Part shown: one piece after another, positions 38,370 through 51,200 of the stretch
Numbering within the stretch: the stretch's first letter is position 1
How the letters are laid out: each line of letters begins with the position of its first letter
Source: Chiloscyllium plagiosum
Taxonomy: Eukaryota
NCBI RefSeq assembly: GCF_004010195.1
Contig: NC_057719.1
Location: 52,568,608-52,632,607 of the forward strand
Direction of reading: 5' to 3'
Length of the DNA stretch: 64,000 nt
Notes under the pieces: generated by a model
The model's input: only the letters and a program-made list of their open reading frames with translations
Database searches by the model: none
What the model was told of the DNA's origin: nothing
Program-made: the position numbers and the translations under genes

Positions 38370-40650
38370 ATAAGAACTTAAGAACACAAGAACTGGAGCA
38401 AGAGTGGACCATCTGGCCCTTCAATAAGATCATGGCTTGTGGTCTCCGCTCCCTTTAGCCCTGTTGTCATCATATCCCTTAATTCCATCATTGTTCAAAC
38501 AAAATCTATCTTAGCTTTAAAACATTTATTGAAGTAGCATCAACTTCACTGGGCAGGGAATTCCATAGATTCACAACCCTTTGGGTGAAAGAAATTGTTC
38601 TCAATTCAGTTCTAAATCTGCTCCCACTAATTTTGAGACTATGCCTCGTGTCCTAGTTTCACCTGCCAGTGGAAACACCCTCTCTGCCTCTAAGTTATCT
38701 ATTCCCTTCATGCGTTTATATGTTTCTATGAAATCCCTCCTCATTCTTCTAAATTCCAATGAATATGATCCCAATCTACTCAGTCTAACTTCACAAGCTA
38801 AGCCCCTCAAATCCAGAACATCCTTTCTCAAGTAAGGAGACCAAAACTGCAGGCAGTATTCCATTTAAGGCCTCACCAGTGTCCTAAACAGCTACAACAT
38901 AACCTCCTTGCTTTTAAACTCAACCTCTTTAACAACGAAGGACAAAATTCCATTTGCCTTCCTAATTATTTGTTGTACCTGCAAACCAATCTTCTGTGAT
39001 TCATGCACAAGGACACCCAGGTCCCTCAGTGCAGTAATAATCTTTTTTTACTGTTACTCCTACCAAAATGGATGACTTCACATTTAGTAACATTGTATTC
39101 CATCTGCCAGACCTTGGCCCACTCACTTAAAGTATCTATGTTCCTTTGCAAAGTTTCACAGTCCTCTGCACACTTTTCTCTGCAACTCATCTTAGTGTCA
39201 CCTGCAAACTTTGACACACTAAAATGTTGTCCCCAATTCCAAATCATCTATATAAATTTTGAATAATTGTGGTCCCAACACTGATCCCTGAGGCATACTA
39301 CCAGTTACTGATTACCAACAATAATAGCACTCATTTATCCCCACATGTTTTGCTTCCTGTTAGTCAACCAATCCTCTATCTATGCTAATACTTTACTCTT
39401 AATGCCATGCATCTACATCTTATGCAGCAGCCTCTTGTGTGCCACCTTGTTGATGACCTTTTGGAAATTTAGGCACACCACATCTACTGGGTCCCCATTG
39501 TCCATCGTACTCATAACGTCTTCATTGAATTACAAAAGATTAGTTAAGCATGACCTGCCCTTCATGAACCCATGCTGCATCTGCCCAATGGGACAATTTC
39601 TATCTGGGTGCCTTGCTATTTCTTCCTTGATAATTGACTCAAGCATCTCCCTTACTACAGAAGTTAAGCTAACCAGTCTATAATTCCCAACTTTTGTCTA
39701 CCACCCTTTGTAAACAGTGGCGTCAAATTTGTTGTTTTCTAATCTGCTGGAACTCTTTCAGACTCCAGCAAATTTTGGAAAATTACCACAAGTGCACTTG
39801 TTATTTTCCCTGTCATCTCTTTTAGTATTTTGTAATGCAGCCCATCAGGGCCAGGAGACTTGCCTATCCTTAGTTCCATTAGCTTCCCCAACACTATCTC
39901 TTCTGTGACCTCCTACCCGATGAAGGAGCAGCGCTCCAAAATCTTGTACTTCCAAACAAACCCATTGGACTATAACTTGGTGTCGTGTGATTTTTAACTT
40001 CGCCCACCCCAATCCACACTGGCACCTCCACATCATATCTTTCATGATAATGATTGTTTCCAGGTCCCCACCCACCTTTGTCCCTTTGTCCATTATTCAT
40101 GTTATTCATGTCCTCCACTGTAAAACTAAAACAAAATACCTGTTCAATGCCTCAACCATTTCATCATATCCCATAACTAAATACACCTCCTCATCCTCTA
40201 AAGGACCAATGTTTACTTTAGCTACTCGTTTTCATTTTATATATTTATAGAAACATTTGCTATCTGTCTTTATTCTGTGCTAGTTTATTTGCATGTTCCA
40301 TCTTACATTGTTTATAGCTCTTTTTATGGCTTTCTGTTGACCTTTAAAGCTTTCCCAATCTTCTAGTTCTTCACTGATCTTTGCCACTTTGTATGCCTTC
40401 TCTTTCAATGTGATAGCCTCCTTAATTTCCTTAGATACCCATGCCAGATTACCCCTTTTCCTGCAGTCCTTCCTTTACACTGGAATATACTTTTGCTGAG
40501 CATTTTGAAGACTTGATTTTAAAGTCCTCCTCTGCTCGTCAACTGTCCCACCATAAAGTCTTTGCTTCTAGTCTACTTTAGCCAAGTCCTCCCTCATCCT
40601 TTTGTAGTCTACCTTGGTTAAGCACAGGATCCTGGTATTGGAATTTATCA
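38370..40650 (-). mobile_element. CR1 LINE, same subfamily as 18720-21085 but inverted
   Basis: Collinear reverse-complement similarity, e.g. gactacaaaaggatgagggaggacttggctaaagtagact is shared. Confidence 0.92.
39905..40035 (+). mobile_element. Short insert resembling a third Penelope-terminus family with a degenerate hammerhead core
   Basis: It interrupts the CR1; CCGATGA-A-GGAGC-a-gc-GCTCC-AAAA has an intact stem II and a mutated core. Family assignment is by recall and motif analogy. Confidence 0.6.
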
Positions 40651-40699
40651 GGAAGGCAATGATGGGATATGAGATAGCCTTGGCAAATAAAGTTATGGA

Positions 40700-43210
40700 T
40701 ATCACGGGGACAGGAATGGTTGTTGGATGTTTCAATGCTTAGGGTTTAGATGCTTCAAAATGAATAAGGAGGGAAGTAAAAGAGATGGGAGAGTGATATT
40801 GCAAATCAGGGATAGTATCATAGCTGCTGAAAGGGAGGTGGTCGAGTAGCGTTTGTCCACAGAGTCAGTGTGGGTGGAAATCAGAAACAGAAAAGGAGTA
40901 ATCACTTTTTATTGGGAGCTTTCTATAGATTCCCCAAACAGCAACAGAGACATGGAGGAGCAGATTGGGAGGCAGATTTTGGAAAGGTGCAGAAGTAACA
41001 TGTTGCTGTCATGAGTGACTTCAACTTCTCTAATATTGATTTGAACCTCCTTAATGCAAATAGTTTGAATGGAGCAGATTTGATCAGGTGTGTCCATGAA
41101 GGATTCCTGACTCAATATGTCAATAGGCCAACTAGAGGGGAGGCCATATTGGATTTGGTGCTTGGCAACGAACCAGATCAGGTGGCAGATCTCTTGGTGG
41201 GAGAGCATTTCGTTGATACTGATCATAACTATCTGACCTTTACTATAGTCATGGAGAAGGATAGGAGCAGATAATATGGGTAAGTATTTAAATGGGGGAG
41301 GGGGGATTACAGTGCTATTAGGCAGGAACTTTCGAGCATAAATTGGGAGCGGACATTCTCAGGCAAATATACGACAGAAATGTGGAGGTTGTTTAGGGAG
41401 AACTTGCTGCGATTGCTGGATAGGTTTGTCCCACTGAGACAAGGAAGGAATGCTAGGGTGAAGGAACCTTGGATGACAAGGGATGTGGAATATCTAGTGA
41501 AGATGAAGAAGGAAGCTTACTTAAGGTTGAGGAAGCAAGGATCAGACAGGGCTCTAGAGGAATATCAGATAGCCAAGAAGAAACTGAAGAATGGACTTAG
41601 GAGAGCAAGAAGGGGGCATGAAAATGCCTTGGCTGGTAGGATTAAGGAAAACCCCAAGGCATTCTACACTTTTGTGAGAAACAAAAAGATGGCCAGAGTG
41701 AGGGTAGGGCCAATCAGGGGTAGTGGAGGGAAGTTGTGTCTGGAGTCCGAAGAGGTAGTGGAGGTTCTTAATGAATACTTTGCTTCAGTATTCACTAGTG
41801 AGAATTCACTCGTTTGTGAGGAGACTGTGAAACAGGCTGATACGCTCAAACGGGTTGATGTTACAAAGGAGGATGTGATGGAAATTTTGAAAAACACGAG
41901 GGTAGGTAAGTCCCCTGGGCCAGACAGGAGATAACCAAGGTTACTACAGGAAGCGAGGGAAGACATCGCTGTGTTTTTGGCAATGATCTTTGCACCCTCA
42001 CTATCCACAGGAGTAGTACCAGATGATTGGAAGGTGGCAAATGCTACTCCCTTGTTCAAGAAAGGGAACAGGGATAACTCTGGAGATTATAGACCGGTCA
42101 GTCTTACATTGGTGGTGGGCAAATTATTGGATTTATGATTATTTGGAAATGCATAGCTTAATTAGAGATAGTCAACATGGCTTTGTGAGGGGCAGATCAT
42201 ACCTCACAAGCCTTCTTGAATTCTTTGAGGATATGACAAAATACATTGATGAAGGTAGAGCAGTGGATGTGGTGTACATGGATTTTAGCATGATGTTTAA
42301 TCAGGTTCCCCATTGTAGGCTCATTCAGAAAGTAAGGAGTCATGGGATACAGGGAAATTTGATTAGATACAGAATTGGCTGGCCCACAAAAGACAGAGGA
42401 TGGTAGTAGATAGAAAGTATTCAGCCTGGAGCTTGGTAACCAATGGTTCTGGAAGGATCGGTTCTGCGACCTCTGCTCTTTGTGATTTTTATAAATGACT
42501 TGGATGAGCAAGTAAAAGGGTGGGTTAGTAAGTTTGCCAATAACACGAAGGTTGGTGGAGTCGTGGATAACGTGAAGGGCTGTTGTAGGGTGCAACGGGA
42601 CATTGACAGGATGCAGAGCTGGGCTGATAAGTAGCAGATGGAGTTCAACCTGGAAAAGTGTGAAGTGATTCATTTTGGAAGTTTGAATTTGAATGCAGAT
42701 TACAGGATTAAAGGCAGGATTCTTGGCAGTTTGGAGAAATAGAGGGATCTTGGGGTCCATGTCCATAGATCCCTCAAAGTTTCCACCCAAGTTGATAGGG
42801 TTGCTAAGAAGGCATATGGTGTGTTGGCTTGCAATAGCAGGGGAATTGAGTTAAAGAACCATTATATAATGCTGCAGCTTCATAACGCCATGGTTAGGTA
42901 ACACATGGAATACTGTGTTCAGTTCCAGTCACCTCATTATAGGAAGGATGTGGAAGCTTTAAAGAGGACATTTACCAGGATGCTACCTGGACTGGAGGGC
43001 ATGTCTCATAAAGAAATGTTAAGGGAGCTATGGCTTCTCTCATGAAGAAAGGTTGAGGGAGCTAGGGCTTTTCTCATTGGAGCAAAAGAGGATGAGAGGT
43101 GACTTGATAGAAGTGTACAAGATAGAGACTTTGTCCCAGGGTGGAAATGGCTATCATGAGGGGGCATAATTTTAAAGTGATTGGAGGAAGGTTTAGGGGG
43201 ATGTCAGAGG
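40700..43210 (+). mobile_element. CR1 LINE ORF2 from the endonuclease to near the 3' end
   Basis: SDFNFSNID, PTRGEAILDLVLGN, LNEYFASVFT, QHGFVRGRS and GSVLRPLLFVIFINDLD; ~35-bp tandem duplication at ~43003-43076. Confidence 0.93.
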
Positions 43211-43212
43211 TC

Positions 43213-44450
43213 CAACCTATCTAAACCTCTGAATATCTTAAATGTGTCAATTAAGTCACCTCTCAACCTTCTTCTCTCTAACGAAAGTAGCCTCAAGTTC
43301 CTCAGCCTTTCCTTGTAAGACCTTCCTCTATACCAGGCAACATCCTAGTAAATCTCCTCTGAACCACAGTTTCCATATCCTTCCTATAAAACGGTAACTA
43401 GAGCTGTGCGCAATACTCTAAGTGCGGCCGCACCAGAGTTTGTACAGCTGCAGCATGACCTCATGGTTCCGAAACTCAAATCCCTCTACCAATAAAGGCT
43501 AAAACACCGTATGCCTTCTCAACAACCCTATCAACTTGGGTGGCAACTTTCAAGGATCTGTGTACCTGGACATTGAGATCTCTCTGTTCATCAACACTAT
43601 CAAGAATTTTACCATTAGTCTAGTAGTCTGCATTCCCATTACTCCTTCCAAAGTGAATCACCTCACACGTTTCACATTAAATTCCATTTTCCACCTCTCA
43701 GCCCAGCTCTGCAGCTTATCTATGTCCCTCTGTCGGGATGGGACCATTCGCCGCAGCTATTAACCACTGCCCTTTCACCGCCGAGGACGTTTAGCCACCG
43801 CCCATTGGCCACTGAGGACGATTCGCCACCGCAAGTGTTTGTCACTCATTTTTATGTGCAAACCAATAAAATGATATTTATTTCACCTCTTTTTTCAATA
43901 TGTACTATGTTGTTGCATAAATAAAGGGGACTGAGAAGTATGAAACAGGCGGGAGGGGAAACAATCAGTACATATATATATATATTTCCGGCGGTAAATA
44001 GTCTCCAGAGGTCAAACGACCCCAATGGAGAAATGCTGGTGGCGAACCGGCAGTGGCTAATCGGCGGCAGTGAATGTGCCGTGGCGAATCGCCACCAACC
44101 CCCTCTGTAACCTACAACATCCTTCGTCACTATCCACAACTCTACCCTCTACCGACCTTAGTGTCATCTGCAAATTTACTAACCCATCCTTCTATGCCCT
44201 CACCCAGGTCACTTATATAAATGACAGCAACAGTGGATCTAAAACAGATCCTTGCGGCTTACCACTACTACCTGAACTTCAGGATGAATATTTCCCATTA
44301 ACCACCAGCTTCTGTCTTCTTTCAGCTAGTCAATTTCTAATCCAAACCGCTAAATCACCCTCAATCCTATGCCTCTGTATTTTGTGCAATAGCCTGCCTT
44401 ATCAAATGCCTTATTCAAATCCATGTACACCACATCAACCACTTTGCCCT
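43213..44450 (-). mobile_element. CR1 LINE fragment interrupted by a MITE
   Basis: Antisense RT motifs are continuous across the 43734-44100 insert. Confidence 0.88.
43734..44100. mobile_element. MITE / non-autonomous DNA transposon with apparent 8-bp TSD
   Basis: CCCTCTGT at 43726-43733 and 44101-44108; imperfect TIRs, inverted subterminal ttcgccac/gtggcgaa repeats, AT-rich core. Confidence 0.85.
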
Positions 44451-45012
44451 CATATGGTGTATACCCTCTTCTGGAGTACGATGTCCAGTTCTGATCACCC
44501 TGTTATATGAAAGATATTAGTAAGTTAGAGAGGATTCAGAAAAGACTTAACAGGATGTGGCTGGGACTGGAGAATTTGAGTAATGAGGAGAGATTGGATA
44601 AGCTAGGACTTTTTTGCACTGGAGCATAGGAGATTGAGGGGTGACCTTATACAGATTTTTTAAATCATGGGGAATGTGGGCATATAGACAAGGTGAATGG
44701 CAGATGTCTTTTCCCTAAGGTGGAAGGTTTCAAGCTTATTTTTAAGATGAGAGAAGAAATATTCCAAAAATGACCCGAGGTGCAAGTTTTTATACAGAGA
44801 ATGTTTCGGTTGTGGAATGAACTTTCAGAAGAAGTGATGGATGCAGGTACAGTTACAATGGTCGGAAGACATTTGGATGTGTACATGAAAAAGAAATGTT
44901 TGGAGGGATATGGACCAAATGCACACAGATGGGACTTGTTTAATTTGGAATTATGGTCAGCATGGAATGGTTGGACCAAAGGTCTGTTACCATGCTGTAT
45001 GGCTCTCTGACT
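44450..45012 (+). mobile_element. CR1 3' fragment
   Basis: FIQRMFRLWNELSEEVMDAG..RHLDVYM and the CR1 3'UTR. Confidence 0.85.
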
Positions 45013-46289
45013 AAATGCTGTGAGTTAAGGTTAATGGCAGGAGGTTTAGATAAGCAGTCAAACAGGCTGTTTAGCCTTAATAGTATAAAAGAACAGTGTT
45101 GTATGTTTGCATCAGAATGATTCATAGCTTGTGGAGAAACTTGGAGGATTTTCAGTACTCTCACGACATTACTTCTTTTTGATGTTAAGTATCCTTGGAA
45201 ATGGAGTGAAACTTGTCAGAGAAATCTTGGTAACTCAGTGCATTATTTGTGTATTATTTTCAGTTAATTTGCTGTCGAGAAAGAATTTGGAAGAAAGATT
45301 AATGAAGAGGATTGTGCACTGAGATAGTCAGCCCTTCCATAATTAGCCTGTAAACTGTAAGTCAGTATTATTTCAGGCATTTCTCATCAGTTCAGATTAA
45401 CACATGGGCTGTAGCATTCCTTATATATGGTGATTGATAAAACTGAATAATAGGAAGCTGCGATTAACTGAAATAATATCAATCATACACGAATCCCTCC
45501 AGTCATGGATAGACATTGCTTCCGTTACTGCCAATGACTGGCCATTCTGATTGAATTGAATCAAGACAGGTACATCAAATGCTCTATTCTTTCTGAATTT
45601 CAAGGGAGTTCACAAGCTCCTCCTCACAGCTCGAATGCTAGTGACTTTGATTGATGGTTATTTCTGCTTCTTTTATTAAACAGTTGTCGTCCTGACAGGC
45701 TGCAGCTCTCAGAGATGGCAGTTTGGTGGCTAGAGAGTTCCCCTCACTGAATGAAACTGGCAGCTTTCAGTCTGAGAGTGAGATTGAACAAAAAGGTAGC
45801 TGGTGTGTTAGTAACAGGCAGATAGTAGCTGTGAGGCTGAGTTGCTTAAAGGCTGGTGTGTCTAACACATCAAATCACGTCAGTTTAAAAGTTAGAGTTA
45901 GTAAGTGTATGGCTGAAGATTCAAGCTTTCCTTGGATAATATATTGCACCATTTTTATGCTATATGCTGAGAATTGTAGGAAATATAAATTCTTATGTCA
46001 TGAACTGCTCAATTTTGTCATCTAGTTTAAATAAATAATATAAACTTACTGGTTGAAGTCTGCATTTCAAATTGAGACCAGTATTTATGAGTATGTTGCC
46101 GGTAAAGAGAGAAGTTTCATGTGTTGATGATTTGTGCAAGTGTTTTCTGTTGTAACAGCTCCTTTTCTATATATTTTGCAGATATTTGAGGATATAAACA
46201 GAAAGTGCAGCAAATGTGCGGTGTGTCTGGCACAGTCATGGGAGATAGATGAATTGTTTATGCTTCAAGTCAATGGCTTATTATCAGAA

Positions 46290-46640
46290 AGTTGTAGATA
46301 AATGCAGGAAGGATGTTTTCGTTGACTAGGGAATCCAGAACCGGGGTCATAGTTTAAGTATATGGGGTTGGCCATTTAGGATAGAGATGAGAGAAATTTC
46401 TTCTCCCAGAGAATGGTGAGTCTGTGGAATTCTCTCCCACAAAAAGCAGTTGAGGCCAAAACATGAAATGTTTTCAAGAAGGAATTAGACATAGTCCTTA
46501 GGGCTAAAGGGATCAAACAGTTTGTGGAGAAAGCAAGAACAGGGTACTAAGTTGAACGATCAGTCATGATAATATTGAATGCTGAAGCAGACTCCAAGGG
46601 CTAAATGACCTATTCCTGCTCCTATTTTCTATGTTTCTAT
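46290..46640 (+). mobile_element. CR1 3' end
   Basis: NFFSQRMVSLWNSLP remnant; tail tttctatgtttcta. Confidence 0.85.
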
Positions 46641-47303
46641 ACTGGTCCAGTTACAGATTTAAATTTGGAATTTTCACAAAGTAAAATGAGCAGGTAACGG
46701 ACTTAAAGTATTAATATAATTGTGACTATAGTAAAGAGAGCCTTCAAAATTTGTTCAAGGGATATAAATACTCTCCTCACTGAATATTCTTCTCTGGATG
46801 TTCACTACCTTAAACTGAAGATAAGTATTCACAATGTCGCGACTCTAATTGGCTTAAAATGAGTTTCTAATACTATAACCTCATCATCACAAAAACTGGC
46901 CACTTTTACCCATTTAGCTGCAATTAAATTGATCTGTAATTGTGGATGGATATTGGGAGAAAGTTATATGTAGACAAAACTGAAAACATCTGTAATGGTC
47001 TGTGTAGGCCAGTCTTGAAATCTTTCATGATTAATCTTTTTCAGATAACAGCAGGAATGACCTGATCAATCTCCTAAGTTATTGTACATATTTCTGTCTT
47101 TCAGGCCAGGCTTAGCCTCTGATGAATCCATTTTGCCATTGACAGCAGTCAACACTCAGCAGTCATGTCTCTTCTTTGCCACCTTTCACCCAGGATTATC
47201 TGAAAGCAGCCTTAAAGAAATACTTTCTTTACTGTTCTGCATCTGAGGATTTCCCATCATAACAGACACCAAAGTGATTACCCAGAATATTGAAGGTTAT
47301 GCT

Positions 47304-47436
47304 GCAGGAAGGTCAATATTGGAATTCTATGAATTCCAGCATTTCTTGATTTTGGACCCAAACATTAACTCTGCTTTCTCTGCACAGATGCTGCCAGACC
47401 TAGTAGGTTTCTCCAGCAATTTCTGCTTTAGTTTTT
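47304..47436 (+). mobile_element. Penelope-terminus fragment plus filler, between ~18-bp direct repeats
   Basis: aatattgaaggttatgct (47286-47303) and aatattgagggttatgct (47437-47454). Confidence 0.7.
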
Positions 47437-47996
47437 AATATTGAGGGTTATGCTAGGAAATTCTCCTGTTCCTGGAACCCTCCAAAGTTCTCCATTTAGA
47501 AAGGGCAATTGAATACATTCCAATGAAATTACGTATATACGTACGTATTAAATACATTGTCTAAGCTCTGAGTAAGTATTCAAGTGATGGCACGCTCGTG
47601 TCACATACCTTCTTTTTTGTAAAAGAGAAGGAACAGAATTTCTATCTGCTTGAGATTGCTATTCCTCAGAAAATCTGGCCCCCTCATGAATTCCAGTCCA
47701 TTCAGTCTATTACAGTTGAACTGCTGGTTGTCACTTGAAGCCATTCTCAGATTTTTAAAGGCTGTATTCTACTTTTCTCCACTCCCCTCTCCCACCCACT
47801 CTGTAATCCCGTTTTCCCCTTGAGTTGCTTTCAGCCAATGCTAATGAGAAGGAGTTGGACTATTGACTTCCAGTAGGGTCAGTAGTGGAGTGGATCAGTA
47901 GCAGAAACCCAAGTTCAGAAGTCTAACATCACAACCATTGGCTACCAGATTTTTGTTTTTACCGTTGTGAATGGAATGAATATACATTACTGGGTG

Positions 47997-48207
47997 ACAG
48001 TGAGGTCTGCAGATGCTGGAGAGCAGAGTTGACAGGGTGTTGCTGGAAAAGCACAGCAGGTCAGGTAGCATCCAAGGAGCAGGAAAATCTGCATTTCAGG
48101 CCGGAGCCCTTCATCAGGTTCCTGATTAATGATTCCGGCCCAAAACGTCGATTTTCCTGCTCCTCGGATGCTGCCTGACCAGCTGTGCTTTCTAACAACA
48201 CACTCTC
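47997..48207. mobile_element. Palindromic Penelope-terminus mini-element with perfect 15-bp TSD and two divergent hammerhead-like cores
   Basis: ATACATTACTGGGTG at 47982-47996 and 48208-48222; centre ..ccttcatcag-gttc-ctgattaat..aaacgtc. Confidence 0.9.
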
Positions 48208-51200
48208 ATACATTACTGGGTGCCTTACCAGAGAACACAGGTGATGTTCACCTCTCCAGAGCAGATATTGGTTGCTTCCTTACTTCCGTGTTACCTAATA
48301 ATGCACTTAAAACCTGAGTTGTGTGAAGCAATAAATTGAGCAAACATACAGGTCACAGCTGAGGCCCTTTATTGATATTTTAAAGCTACTCATTTTTTGC
48401 ACTGTGTGCTCATGAAGTTCTGAAAGGTTGCTTATATTTGGACTGCATTTCCAAATAGATAACATTTCTCTAATTTCAGATCCTTTGACATTGAAAAGCA
48501 AATCAAGGTCAATGCCCTGACAGGGGCATAAACAACCTGTGAAGCCTGGGCAAGCTGAGAATGATCGAAAATTAACTTGATATTGGAATCTGTGGAATGT
48601 GCTAACTAAATAGCTTAAATGTGGTTCCACTGTGTGTTTTTCAATTAGGAGGAGTTGTGAATTCTACATTGACAGCCTTTGTGCTGAAAATAGCAAAACA
48701 AATCTGTAATGGGCTGTCTTGTCTCACCAAGGTCCTGGGAAGATGTCCTGGGAAGTAACTCCATCACACATCACAAGCTTAGAAATGAGACCCCAGCCTG
48801 AGGAAACCTAGAATTTACCAGGCTGCCACAGAAATCACATTGTTGTTGGTGGAAACCTTCTCTACTCAGTTGATGGAAAAAGATATCAGCTGTGGTTCAA
48901 TTGTTAACTTCGTTAGTGCTGCATTCGAAGCATTTGGGTGTCAAACACAGTTCAGAGACTCGAGAGAGCATGGCCATATCAGAGTCTACATTTTGGGTCA
49001 TAAAGTCATACAGCATGGAAACAGATTCGTCTGTGCAACTTGTCCCTGCTGACTAGATATACTAAACTTCACTGTTCCGGCACATATAGATTCCAGCCAT
49101 TGTGATTAGCCAGCATTGCATTTCATTATTGCATATTCGTTAGTGACAGAAGGGGTCTTTGGTTTCATTCATTTCACTAATCATGCAGCTGTAGGGAGAG
49201 TGCTTCCTTTCATGAATAAAACCTACTTAGACAAAGATTTGAAATGAAGAATATTGCTATGTTTTCAAGAAAAAGCTAGGCAGTAGGACTAATGGTGAAC
49301 TATCTCAAAGAACTGACACAGAACTCCTTTTATGCTATAAGATTCTACAATAATAAATTTCTAAAACAGATATTCCACATGCTAACATGATAAAATTTAA
49401 GATTTAGCACAGAATTGAGAAGATACATTGTATCAGTTCGATGGATTATGTGCATCTTGAAACACAACAGGTTTTACAAATGTTTTTCCCTCTTTCACTT
49501 CTACATTTTTCACAAAGAACATTACATCTCTCACTGTTGTTTTTCAGTATTACTAACCATGATTGTGTGAAAATCCCAATCAATTTAAGAACTGTTGAAT
49601 TTTTAACTTGTGAACCTAAATAATGGCTCCATTGTTAAAATGGTTTACATGTTGGAGAATGGTAACCATTAAAATGAATACTTTCCCAATACCCAAGGAA
49701 AAAAACTGCAGGATGGAATTCACATTTTAACACTTCTACTGTAGCAAACTAATGAAAATAAATGTAGACAAAGCATCAATTAACAGGCAGTTAATACATT
49801 AAGCTAAAGAAAATATATTTTCTCATTAACCAACTATCACAATTGAAATATGTCTTCTGAGTTTATGCCATTCTTTTAGTAGATATGTAGCATTGGAAGG
49901 AACAGTCCAATAGTGGCTCCCCAGTTTCCATCAGAGGATCACTTCTCCACACTGTGCCAGGTTGAATCTTTAGTTCCTTCAACAATTATTCCACTCTCAC
50001 CAGATTTTCCTGGATACAATTAACACTAGCAAGGTACACCTCAATAATTCCATGCTCTGTCAATTTTTAAGAGCCACGTTCTTTTGAGCAGAAACTGAAC
50101 TACTTGAAGTGCGCTTAAAAGCTTGGTTGTTAGAAAACAGTTCTCCCACTTTTCTCCAACAGTATTTACTGTCCCTGCTTCTCAGTCACAGATGTCCTTT
50201 TCTCTGTGATCTCTCCATTGATCTTTCCCAGATCTGGTGGGTATTTCCAGCACTTTCAACTGTTGTTTCAGATTAAGGAGAAATTTATTCTTGGCAATAC
50301 CTCTCTCATTGCAGAGTGATGGGTGATGGGTTCACCTTGACCCACCCAGTGGAATTTGTATCAATTGGAATGGAATCAATGCTTATTAGGTGCAAGGGAT
50401 CTCTCAACTTCCTCAAAGCATATCAAATATTCCCGTGTAAGTCTGAGGTCTAAACTTCAATATAACTACTCCTGACAAGCATTTTGTCATAACCCATAGC
50501 CAACATTATTTTCTAACCATGTTACTGGATACTTTCAATGTTGATTGCCAGGGTCTGCTTTTTGAAATATATAACACACATTGTCAACCCTGACTGCAGC
50601 ATGTGAATCTCCACCAGGATTGTTTTGGAAATTTCTACAGTTGAGAATTGCAACTGGCATTCTGGGAGAAAAGTATATTGCATTTATTGTTTGCTTTGGT
50701 GCACTTTGGTATGGGTCAGGAGCAAGTTTATATTACATGGGTTATTTATAGTAATAGCAGAGTTAATTTATTAAGGGCTTATTAATCCTTACTTCAAGCC
50801 AAATTGTTTTAGCCCCTGTGCTTAATGATACAAATTTTCGACTAAATCATCGCAGAACAGCAGAATAGCATATTTTATATTTTTCTGAATTCAATAGCCA
50901 TTTTGTTGGAAGGGATTGAGTGAGTTGACACAATGTATGTTAAAATGCTCCACTGAATATAATCGAATGTCACAGGAAAGTGTTGCTTTTCAAGAAAAAT
51001 AATTCCAAAATTATAATGGAGTACTTCATGCCACTGTTAGGAAAAAGAAGAAAATGTTTCTTTCAAGAGATTACTAATGACGTCAATGCACAAATTAACA
51101 ACAGACACTTGTAGTTAGTGTCACAGTCTGAATAATGAAGCTGACTACCCTGTCTCTTTCCTGAGCTATCTTCAGATGCCACAATGTTGGGCTCTGTGTG

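Noticed and set aside
42197..42790. 197-aa minus-strand ORF and similar antisense ORFs
   Set aside because: These are antisense frames of CR1 RT sequence.
46170..46290. Apparent splice acceptor ttttgcag followed by a short open frame
   Set aside because: The downstream sequence resembles a very degenerate Penelope terminal repeat.
47531..47542. Short palindrome acgtatatacgt
   Set aside because: Low-complexity and expected by chance or slippage.
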